A program made the translations under genes and the position numbers. From Amoebophrya sp. A120 (taxonomy: Eukaryota; Protista; Dinoflagellata), in contig CAJINV010000005.1 of NCBI GenBank assembly GCA_905178155.1, forward strand, positions 7,779,987-7,843,986: a stretch of 64,000 bases of DNA. The letters are read 5' to 3'. Below the pieces are notes generated by a model. It saw nothing but the letters and a program-made list of their open reading frames with translations. It searched no databases and was not told the origin of the DNA. This document shows, piece by piece, positions 23,901 to 35,900 of the stretch. The first letter of the stretch is position 1. Each line of letters opens with the position of its first letter.

Positions 23901-26900
23901 ATGGGAAAAGATGACTTTTTTGGAGTTCACTTTTGGCCATCAAAAGTGAGCACTTTTTGTGAGGATACGTCACTACTTCTAAAGGATACCGAAAAAGGTC
24001 GCTAGAAGTAGACAAGAAAGCAGCAACTTGTAATGCGGACAGGCTGCAAATAAAAGCAGTACTAGAACGAGAGGGGTCTAGTAGAATAGTGCAGCCCAGC
24101 TTCGCGGCTGGCCAGCGAACGTTGTCACCCGGCGACGAGTGACCATCAAATTTTTTTTTTTGAAAAAAAAATCTAAAAAAATCAAGAGAAAATCGTGACG
24201 GGGGTGCCATCTGAGGTCGCCCAGCTTAACTTTCACTTTTGCCATTGTTGCGTCACAAATTCACGCAACAGCTGAGAGTGTAACAGTTGAGAACGCCATA
24301 CCCAGTGTCGTGTCTCCCAAGCCGAAACGTCCCGCCGACGACCGTGGTGGTGCCCACCGCGGTATCAAAAGGAAAAATCCTCCCTCCCCATATCGAAATG
24401 GAAATCTGTGGCGCGGGATTTGTGTACACAAATCGGCTCTGTCTTGCAGTAGAAGACTGCAGGAAGATACAAAGCCGGAGTAGGGGCGTTTTGGTGTAGG
24501 CGCCTAGCAAGGCAAGCATGTCCTCCATAGGCCTTACAGCATTACAAACTGCCTGCAGAACGCGGCAGGGCTTTTGGATTTGCCTTCTTGCAATACAGAG
24601 ACGATTTGTGGTCTCAAATCAGCATCACAAACTTTCAGAAGTATCCCGTTTTGGTATAATGGGGAGGGGGGCTTTTTCCTCGCAATACGCGGCGGCGGCC
24701 CCCCTGGCGACGACGCGAGCCGAGGTTCGACTCGTAGCGCCGCCGCATGGAGTATCAACTGCAAATATCATGCCTGGGTCGGGAAAGGTTGAACCTGTAT
24801 TGCGTGTTTCGCATTTCTAAAAAATCTGTATTGCACAAGCAGCAAATAAAGCGCCAGCACACTTTCTTAATGCAAAAACGCAGTTTGTCATGCGTCCTGC
24901 GCATGGCAGAGCGTTTGAACAAATATTTGTCATGCTGCACTGCACTTAGAGGCACAATCAATCATGACCATTCAGCATTACAAGTTTATTCCAGACCCAG
25001 ACATATTTGCAATCCGTATGGAGCAGTATCGCCGTCTCGATTCAGATCTGCCGACCCACGTTTGTCGCACCAGTTGCTGCGTGCGGGTGACGGTTATCCA
25101 GTGCAAAAGTTGTATCACACTCGTAGTATTAATTGCAGTCATGCATATACAAATCTCGTCCCCAAGGCAAATCAGCATGATAAATTCCATTTGTCATGCT
25201 GAGCGAACTTGTATTGCAATTACTACTAGTACGATACTTTTGCAGTTCATAACGGTCCCGAGGCTGCAGTAGCCGATATTGTGCTGGTACGTGTCCTTGT
25301 TATAGCGCTCGTACGACCTATGGGAGTGTCAGGATCGAAATCGTCAACGTAGTTGAAATCATGATTTGTCATGCATAAAATGGATGCCACTTGTAACCCA
25401 GTTTTCAAGTGGCACATGACAAATCTTGGTGGTGTCTAAATCCAGTTTGTAATGCTGTCTGGGTAAGGAAGACGCGTTTTGTCATGCTACTTTAGCAGCT
25501 CTATTTCTACCCCGAAACAGGCTCCTTACAATCTGCCTTCCTTGCCCACTCTGCAAGACAGGCATTCTGTGGGTTGCATTTTATGCATCGCAATCTAAAT
25601 CTATTTCAACTCTGACGATTTCAAACCTGACGCTTCCATACGACCGCCGCCGCTTGTATTCTTTTCTTTCCAGGTCACCTCGCCACCCATGCCCATTGTC
25701 CTGGGAAAAGTGCTCATCTGCCGGGACTATGGATTGCAAAAGTGTCTGGGTATCGAAAGATGTGAATTTGTGATGCGCACTTCACATCACACAAAAATCT
25801 GTCATGCATGGAAGCCAAAAGCTGCACACTTCTCGCCACAGAAAGAAGGCCTGTGTCATGCGGATTACGCACGAAGAGACATTTATCAAAACCTGCGAAG
25901 CTAGTGCTTTTAGAGAGGGTGGATCCTGAAGTGTGATCACAGTATCTGATCTTCGCAACGGAAATCAGTGGCGAACAGCGGCGCCGGTGATGTTCATTTG
26001 AGAACTCAGGAACTCAGTTTCAGAGTTGGTTTTTGATTTTTTTGGTTTTATTGTTCGAAACAATATCAAACAGCTACGATAGTGGCGTCTATCGCCGTGG
26101 GAAAAATTCAGGGCTCATTTCGGTTTTTTCATGTGTTGACGTTTTGACAAAAAGAGGACTCATTTTTCGAAACAAAAAAGACTTGTGCTTGCGCTCTCGG
26201 TTGTGAAGAAAGAAACTCTCGGCGTTGTTGTTGTGATGAAGTTCTTCTACTGACGTAAAGAAATAAACACATAAACAAACGACCCGACGGCTTTCTTCCC
26301 TTCTCTCTGAGTCTCTCGATCCAAACAAAGTCAACCCACAGATACTGAAACGAGCACGACACTTCAGAATGTCAGATCGACAGTCAGTGCCCGGGGGGTG
26401 GAGAAAGACAATGTTGGAAAGAGCGCTCAGACTTCACCGCGTACTCGTCGGGATCCCCCGGCACACGCCTCTCCGTGTAGGATGACTCTTCTTCGGTGAA
26501 GAAAACCAGAGTGATCCGTTGTCAAATCCACCAGGGCGGTAGACGTCCAGCTGGAGCCGCAACTTCAGCTAGAGCGTGGGTCCGCATATCCCCATTTGTA
26601 CTGGAGTCGGTTCCCGCTTTCGAAACAAGAAAACTAACACCAATTATTCACTGGCTCGGTTTTTTGAAGTGGCTGGCTGCTCGGTTTCACCCGCGTGGTT
26701 GTGCTAACTCTTCCCAGTTGCCAACAGACCCACCGCGAGACTCAAAACCCAACGGAAACTTCCGGAGGAAAAGGAGGTCAGGAAAAGGGCTGCGCACTCT
26801 TTACAGTTGGGCAAAAAGTCGGCTCTTTTCCGAACCCTGGGTGAAGCGTTTCACTTTTATGACACGAGACGCAACCGCGTGTAAATCGGCAGATTGCGAG

Positions 26901-29900
26901 TAAAATCATGGAAACAAATTCGGCAGTTCTTTTCCCATCATGACACTTGTTCTTTTTGATGTCGAACAGAAACGAGATCGCCACGCGTTGGACGAAACGG
27001 TCGAGCGAAACACTACTGACTGGATTTTTCACAAAAAGCTCGATAGTGGTGATTCTGCATGTAGTACTCGCATCAGGCGTCCGGGCCCGGGCCACCTAAA
27101 GCGCTAATAATCCGGCAACTTTTCGGCAATTTTGAAAAATGAAAGCGAGGGTGGCGATTGTGAAAAGTAGAAGATGGCAGTGAGGCAAGAAGAAATGAAA
27201 ATCGCTCCCGGGCTACCCGTGCCGAAACCCCGACACAAAGGTGGGCCGCCCCCCCCTCGGTGAAGCAACCTGGAAATTGTAGGCCCGGCCCTCGTCGCGC
27301 CTCCTTGTGGCCGGGCCTTGCGCCTCGGGTGGAGGCTTCGCTTGCAGACAAACCCTGAAGACCGGCGGGGGGGCGGTCGGGGGCTGCGCGACATCACCAC
27401 CCTGTGCGCACTGACTTCCCCAGCAAGCTATGGGCTGCACACTTTGAAAGCCCAGGAAGCAGGTGTGGGCGCGCCACGTGCGCCATTCATTTCGCCCCCC
27501 AGCTTTTGACAATATTCCCCGAGAGTGTGCAAAAAGTGTGCAATTCAGTGTGCAAAAAGTGTGCAATTCAGTGTGCAAAAAGTGTGCAACTCAGTGTGCA
27601 AAAACCATCCCGAACCATTTTCGAAAAGCTGCAATTGACGCTGCAATTGGGTGTGCAAAAAAGCTGCAATTTCATGTTCCGGGAGGGGGGGTAGGAAAAC
27701 CCAGCCACTTCCTTTGCTTTCGAGTCCGGAGCTGAAATTGCACGAAAATTGCACGGTCAATTGCAGCGTCAATTGCACCTTTTCAAAAGTGGTCGGGACA
27801 CTATTTGCACGAAAATTGCAGCATGAGTTGCAGCATGAATTGCAGCTCTTGCTGCAATTCATGCCGGTCATCAGCTGTGTTGAGTGAAACGAAGATGGCG
27901 ACAATATCGTCTCGCCGTGCAATTCTTTCTGTCGGGCCTTTCACGAAAGGTCCGACAGAATAGCACGACGAGACGATACCAATATAGAGCGTGCGAGCCT
28001 GGGCTTGCGAGAATTCTCAGTCATAAAACACAAAACCCTAGCAGCCGCAACGTCATATCTCACAATACCAAGCCCCGAAATATATGAAGCCCAATATCGA
28101 ACAACCCGAAAACAACTGGCCAAGGCCAAGGCGCCCACCAAGACGACCGGAAACTACGAAAGACACCGGCCGGGAGGGCCAAACAGGCACGATCAAAGGA
28201 CCCGGCCCACCAGAAGACGGAAGACCGGCGACACCACTACACACCTCAAAAAATTGCCGGAATATTGCTAAAATTTTACCGGCTGAGATGGCCCGGGCCC
28301 GGACGCCTGACTCGCATGGCCGGCTCCGGCAGGAAGGACAAGTCGTCGCGTAGAGCATCAAAGTTTCCAGATACTTTTCCGTTCTCAAAACCATCTCCAA
28401 AACTCGACTGCACAAGGTAGCTCGTTCTCTTCCAGAAAATCTCACACAAAAAAAGTCGCTCGCTCTGTTCCTCGTGCATCTAGATCTCGTTGGTTCCAGG
28501 TGCAAGAGGTCGCTCCCAGGTGTGCCGGCGCTGGTACACGTACACCTGTCCCAAAGGAAGACTCCAAACCCCCTTCAGGATTCCCAGGAAGTCCGCCAGT
28601 TTAAAACCAGTCCCGGTTTTCGTCAGGATGTCCCCGGGATTGCTTTTGTCGGTTATCGACCCGAGCTCCCACGAACTGCGGAAGTAGGCACTTTTCCAGC
28701 GGGCCAGCCCCTTGCACGCTGGCGCATCAGCAGTCGATGTTACGGACTTACTGACGACGCGGCTGACGGCGGATTTGCTGTCGGAGAGAGTCACGGACTT
28801 GCACACTTCTCCCCATTCTAACATCTTTTGCAGAACCATGCCCAACACAGGGAAGGCTTCGCACCCTGCCTTTATCTCCGCGGCATAGGAGCTCACTTCC
28901 TCGGTGGAGCAGAAGATGGCATCACTGCCGATGTAACTGCAACGGAGTTGCTCTTTCTCCAGCAAATCGAACTCGCGAAGAGTGGCCACCCGCTTCACCT
29001 TCTGTTGCTTGTTCATGTAGCGCTCCCAGTCCTCCTGACACACAGACAACAGAATCCATCCCAACACCGGACGGAGTTTTTCTGCTTTTGCCTGCTCCGG
29101 ATCCTCGATGTTCTCGGGCATGTGCACGGCGGCAAACCGCTTTCGCTCTCGTCGGGCGGATTCGTTCTCTTCGCTGCTGGCATGGACTTGCTCAAACTGA
29201 AGCTTCCCTGGCATGTACGATCCCGGCTGCAGAAAAGACTCAGACGCAGCAGTAGTTCGGCGTTGCTCGACCTCTTCCGTCGAAAGCACGAGCTCGGGTC
29301 TCGCATCGTAGCTACTGCACTCTTCTTCAGTAGCTGCCGCTTCTTCTCCGTGCACTGCCGGCCGCTGGTAGCTTGCGTCCGGCGCCATAGCGAGAATTTC
29401 GTTTTCGTACGACAGATCGATCTCGATGCCCGCGGTTTCTTTCCTTTTGAAGTCGCTCTATCAGCGCGTTATGCGCAGCGATCCACTTCTTTGTTTTCCG
29501 CGTGTCGCACCCGAGAGCAAGAGACCGCACCGGGAATTTTATTTCCGCGTGCCTTCTCGCGATAAACAGCAAAGAACCCCTGGCACCTTTCAGGCGGGTA
29601 ATTTCTGCTTCGTCGAGAACGTCGTCTTCTGCTCCTTGGAAGGTAGTGGCTTTCAACTCCTCAATCTTCTGGAGCATGTGCGTGCGGATGCGGCGTTCTT
29701 CCGGAAAATGTTGGATGAAAATGCCGGTATATATTAATCCGCTAACGGCATCCGACCAGTTTTCTAATCCAAATCGCTTCTTTATCTGCTCTGCGAATTC
29801 GCCAAAGCCTGCCTCACTGCCGACGAATAACAAATCGTCGACATGCAGAGTCAGCTTGTCGCCGTTTTTGGTAAAAACGCATGGCGCGGATGCGGAAACT

Positions 29901-32900
29901 GCCCAGCCTGCCTCGATCAGCCATTGCGTTATGGTTCGGCACCAAAGCAATGCGGCTTCACGAAGTCCGTAGAGGCTGATGCTTAGCAACAAAATGGTGG
30001 AACGGTCAACGCCAAAAGTTGTCTTCAGCGCATCGAGCACTTCGTCCTGGCAGATGTTTTTCGGAAAAGTCATCCTCGGCCTATTTTCCGGCTTGAACTT
30101 GTGATTTTTCAAAAAGGCGCGAGGAACATCCCCTGACCTAATCACACGCTTGCCCTTCACGCGGCGCAACGACGACAGCACCAGGCTGAGGCCAATTTCG
30201 GAAACTGTTGGAGACTCGGCCGTGGCGGACACACTCGACTTATGCCCGCCTGGTACAACACGGACTGCGACCTTAAAGTGATGCGGGGTCATCATTTTTA
30301 AGTCGACTATCGCCCTGGACGGCCGAGTCTTCTCGTCACTGCACGGCTTCGACTGCTCCCAGATTTCGATGAGTTCCTCCTTTACCATCGAATTCCATTC
30401 TTTCGAATGCGCCTGCGCGAGCAGCTTGGGAACTCCTAACCCAGTTGCGCTGGCCACAAAAGAGTGATCGCAGTCTGCATACTTCAGTGCTCCAAGTAGT
30501 TTCCGAGCCACTTCCTCGTGCTTCTTTACGCGCGGATCATGAACAGAGAGGAGTCCTAAGTCTTCGCACGACTTGGTCGCTTTCAAATTCCACAGCACGA
30601 CGCGGATCAGGCGACCACCTCCTGCTTCTTTCCACTCCTTCTCGCTGTTCACAAGCGTCAGGCTCTTGCGATTCCAGGTAAGCACGAAGTCCTTCTGAAA
30701 CTCGGGCTTGCTCAACTTACTGCGGTCTTCCTCGGGAATGAAAGAATCCCACAGCTCGAGTTCCTCAGGCGTGATGCGCAAGCCATCCTGCTTCTGAAAG
30801 AGCGTGTGCGTCACGAGGTTGAAAAGCAGATCGGAGCCGTCGTTTTTCAGTTTACCGAGTTTGTGCCCGTCGATGACTTTGGTCACGGCCCTGCGTTGCG
30901 CGCGGTTAGGAAACTTGAGAAACTCGCGCATCTCCAGCAGTTCTTTTGGAGCCTCGTCGTGGTCGGATTCTTCGTTGTCGGTTTTATCTTCTTCTTCCTC
31001 CACAAGACGCATCCACTCCGAGTTCTCTAGAAGCGGATCCTCTTCAGCGGCACACACATTTTCGGTGACGTTCATCATTCCGCCGATGACAGACTGTTCG
31101 AAGGATTTGCGGTTTTCTCGTGCTCGTTTTCGCTTGGCAGCACCGGGTGGTCGCTTGTTCTCGGTAGTTTTTCCGATATTTTCCAGATCGGCATCGAGAA
31201 AGTTACGCGAGTTTTCTTCTTCAAGCTGCTGCGTCTCATCTTCTTCATTGTGAGTCACATCATCAGCCGGATTGATGTTTAGATCGCCATTGTCATCCAG
31301 CATCTCTTCGTCGTCGACTTCTTCGCTGAAGGTGACCGACTTTCGGGATTTCACATCCGTCCCCGCCCGGGGGGCCGAGAAGAACGGCTCGCCGCCGGCG
31401 TGACTTGAAGGCAAATTTGGCTGCAGCAACTCGCGCTCGTACTCAGATCGGGCGTTGCGGTTTCTTTCTTGCGCGGTGTGCATAAAACCTCCCACCTTGA
31501 AATCATCCGCGGACAGAGGAAGAAGACCGCCCGGTAGATCGAAGAAACGATCAAAATTTACCAGCGGAGATATCATGTTGGGGCTCACGTTGCTAACACC
31601 TCGTCCAGTCTGGACCTGGAAAATAAAACCGCGCACGCCGCGATTGGGAGCCTTATCCAGAATCTTGACCTTGTCATCGGCCTTATTCTTTGGATTATAT
31701 TTGTTCACTTGCTCGCCGATCTCGTAGTTGTTGTCGTTCTCGATGCGTAACCGGGCTCGGCAATTCTGCAGGATCTTCTCAACCGCATCCACGAATGACT
31801 TCTCGCCCATCATGGCTAGTGCTTCGGCGTAGATCCGCAGACGAGCTTCCATCAGCCGGCTTATGTGCATGTCGCCGTCTTCTGGAAAGAAAGAAGCAAC
31901 AGCAGCGCCATCTGGATGCGGCAAGAACTCCCGAGAAGCTTCTTCAATCCCCCAGAAGTTCTCTTTTGGTGTGCGGCCGTCCTTTCCCATGCTACTGAGA
32001 TTTCCAGTCACCTCATGGATCTCATCGAGCAGGACTTGCAGCGGCATCTTCGCGAAGGTAGGAATTCTCCGCATGCGCTTGCAAAGCGTCAGGGCGACGA
32101 TCGCCGCCGGACTTTTTTCGTAATTTGGTGCTGTTATAGTGCTAAAAAAAATCCGCACCATGCGAAATCCGGAGGGCCGCGATTGCGGGGGCGGCACGAT
32201 ACGAAGGCCCGGGGCCCCGGCAAAGGAAGAGGCGCGGCAAATGCCTTGCGGGCGCGCTTCTGCTCGCAGGTGGAATCTCCGACAATGTCCTTTGCCGGAG
32301 CCGGACAAAAAAACTTCCCGAGGGGAACCGGACGAACCCCCCAAAAACGCCCCCCCCGCTTTCCGGGATCCCCTGCTCGCGCATTCTTGGGATTCCCCCC
32401 GGGCTTCCGGTCCGCGAGGATCATGCTAATTATATGCTAGTAATATGCTAAAAGTCTGCTAAAAGTCTGCTAAACCTCTGCTAATTTGGTAAATTTGGGG
32501 CCCGGTTTTGGTGCTGAAAACATGCTAAAAAGTCTGCTAATGTGTCTGCTAATTCTCTGCTAATTTGGTGCTAAAATTTTTCCTAATGATTCCTGAGGGT
32601 TTTCGGACCCCCCCTGCCAATTTTCATCGGTTTTTGGGGTCTGCTAAAAATTTTAGCGTGTCCCTTTTTTGGCCATTTCTGGGGTTTTACCGGGTCGGCT
32701 TCCCCGGGTTTTTCCCGGCTTCCGGGTCCGGCCCGCGGACCTCCGGGGGCCCCCCGGCCGGTCTGGTAAAACAAACCCCCCGGCGCAAGAATGTGGGGCG
32801 CCAAGGGAGCCGGGCCGCCGCGCCGGCCAAATGCAACGCGGGGAAGAGGAGGGGCCGCCAAAACGCCGCCAAAGGGAAGCCAAGGGGCCTCGCGCGCCGA

Positions 32901-35900
32901 GGGGGCCTGCCGGGAAGCAAAGGCCGGGAAGGGGCGCGCCTCCGGACCGGCGGGCCCGCAGCCCCCTTCGAGCCGGCACCAACCCGGAAAAGCGTCGCTG
33001 CCTCGCGCGCGGCGCCGGGGCCGCTTTTTTTTCTTTTAGCATCTTTTCAGCCGCGTTTTAGCGGAAAAATCCGGCGGCGGTCCGTCCGCCTGAAAAGCGT
33101 CTTAAGGGTGAGACACCTTCGCTCCAAGCGGTACACCGGCGTTCCTGTTGGCATGATGGAAATTTCACGGCCACTGCGCGTGAAAGGCGCCCAGTCCTCA
33201 ATTCCCAGGCTTTCCATTCCACCGCCAGCGTGCACTTTCTTGCGGATGAGCTTCTGTTGCAGAAAATGACACAGCGCTCGAGCCGCGTCCTGCTGCGACG
33301 GGGATGCACGGCCGTCGATCACGCGCTGCCCGACCCCATGACACATCTGCAGCATCACACCATCACGGAGCTCTTCCTGCTCCTCCTCGGTCAGGTTCAT
33401 ATTTTTCATCATGGCACTCAATTTCCATTTCGTGCCCGTGACGAAGGACCCCGACCTGGTGTCTGGAAGGGAAAGCACTCCAATACACACAAAAATCACA
33501 TCAGATTCAGTGATGAAAGTTGTATCAAGGAGCGTCACACCTCCTTCCATCGCGGCCTGGCAGGGATCGTAGGCTTGCAGATCCTTTCGCCGTTTCTTCA
33601 ACCCAAAATGAAGATGTGCCGCTGTTTCTCGCCTGACCAGCGTTGCCAGCTCTTTCAAGGTTTCCTCTGGAATATCTCGTAGCCGCTTTCGCACCTGTTC
33701 AAGGCACTTCTCTTCGCTGACGAGTTTTCCACTGTGGCAGAGGATTTCCTGAATAGCGCGGAGCTTGTTTCGCGTGGCTGGATCGACGTCCTTCAGCGGC
33801 GACAGCACGGCGCCAACGCGCATGCGCTCGTCCGGCGTGTATCGGACTGCCAATCCGTTCGCGCAAATGGACAGGCCGTGAGCGTACAGCTCTTTCGCAG
33901 CAGCAGCATGATAGACCTGATTTTTCGCCCCGGCTTTTCGCAGTCTCTCAGCGACAGCAACTGCCAGCCCCATGCCGCTTGCGTCCATCAAAACGACTTT
34001 TCGGCTTGGCCGCTGCCTCATCTCCTTGACCAATTCTTTGATCAAATCGCTCGGAATCGCATTGGTAATGTCGTCGCAGAAGCCCGCGAGCGTCCTCTTG
34101 GCCAACTTGTTCACCACCAGATGTGGACAGTCTGCAACGAGTTGCTGAATGCGTGGATCCTCATCTACGCGCACACGCTTCCCCAGAAGTCGCATCCCCA
34201 CCGGTAGTTCCTCAACATCCCGACAAGTGAAAGCTCTAACTTTGTCGAGGCGATCTGGCTGGCGTAGTCGCTCCGTGATCACTTTGTTGGGGTTGTTCTT
34301 GACCGTGGGAGAAAGATTCTTCCCGCCAATCTGCCCGTACTCAGTCTTCCCCTCGATTGGTGCCGCGGTTGGGTCCGTGTCACTCGACAGTCGACCCCGC
34401 AGGCGGAAGGATCGTTCTTTTTGCTTACGCGTAAGCTGATTTGCTGCATCGTCTGCCACGTGGTAGTAGTAGTCTACCGTCGCGCACCTCCCTTTTGTGT
34501 CCGTGGTGGCAACTTTTCCATCATCGTCTCGGCTCCAGTCGTTACGCGAATCGGTTAGCAGCCTGCTTTGGCTTTCAACATCCACTACTCGACGCAATCT
34601 CACACGATCACGTAGCCACTCCGGAGTCTGCGGAATCTCCTTGGGAGGGACTGAAGAGCGCCATGCGGTAAACGGCATAACCACCACTATCGCCCGTTCG
34701 CCTTAGCTCTTCTTCCTGCACAGACCAAATATCTGCCCTGGAAACTCCTGCCGGAAGTGGTCGTCTCACTGGTGGCACTACTGGATTGTTGTTTTCTGCA
34801 GCAGCGGGCGGAACCGCGCTTGAACTGGAGCTGCCACCATAACTGGTGGGAAACGCCTCTTCATTACTCGTGATCGCGGCCCCGCCCGGGCCGAAGTTTC
34901 CGGACCTCCTCCTCAAGTGCGTGACCATGACAAGGAAGAGGATCGCACCAGCAGCCCAGGGTCTTACCTGGAAGCTCCTCAGCTGCTTCATGCACTAGAC
35001 CGGTTCGATGGATGTAGCCTCGGCACAGATTCAGTACTTCTTCGCGGTCGCCGTGCAGTCCGATCCGATACGGATTTCCGTACTTCGTACCCCGACCGAT
35101 GTGAAGACTCTTGTCGTGACGTTGTTCCCACAGCTGGATGGACTCTTTGTCGCTCCAGTGGCAGCCCTCTGCTTCCAGATTTTTCACACAAATCGGATCG
35201 TCACACAGCAGAGTCGGAAAGCACTGCTCTTCCTTGACTTCGGTGCAGCGAACACGCTCGCGCTCCAGAGAAGCCATCTCATGGCCGTAGTCATAGTCAG
35301 CAGCTGCAACGTAGTGCACGAACTCGCTGCGCGACTGCAGCACTTTGCTCCGCTTCATCAGCGCCACGCACTGTTTCACCATACGCGGGTCATGAATGTA
35401 TCGGAGCGGCTCCGGCCCCTTCATCTTCACTCGATCAGCAAAAATGGGTCTCGTCCAGTCGGATTCCGGATTGTTCAACTGGACGGCGCGAAGAATGGCG
35501 TAGTCGTACGGCGTGAGAGAGAGTGCTTGCTTGTAAGTCGCGTTCTGCCCGTTGAAATTCACAACTGTTTTCCCGTTGTGACCTCGGACGATGCGTGGCA
35601 TTCCTGGTTCATGGATGACACTGAGGAAACATTTGTCGCTCAGCGCCAGCCCTAGCAAATTCGGCCCGTCTTTCGTGGCCGTTGCTAGTTCCATTCCGAG
35701 GCAATAAAGATTGCCATCGATATCTTCGAGCTTGTACGGACAGACAACACGCTTCAAAGTGTTGCGCTTGCTGTTTCCGATGCCGTTAGCTCGTTCCCCG
35801 GTCGTGTCTTCTATGCGAAGGGTAAGTCCGTGCTTTTTCCCGTTCGCGTGCGACCGGTCTGCTGTTTCTAAAGTTAGATAATGCTTGCTGTTGTGCCCGT

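Noticed and set aside
24688-24720. Apparent frameshifts at homopolymers in the giant gene (also ~17260)
   Set aside because: Recounting the C-runs (6 and 5) kept the frame open.
12616-25640. CRISPR-like repeat/spacer array
   Set aside because: The repeats are 125-390-bp heterogeneous TIR elements and the 'spacers' are in-frame exons; no cas genes are present.
32134-33269. Pro/Arg/Gly-rich ORFs in the TIR elements (also 27.1-28.3, 36.5-37.5, 41.3-42.4 kb) as transposases
   Set aside because: Artefacts of GC-rich sequence; no DDE or other recognisable motifs.
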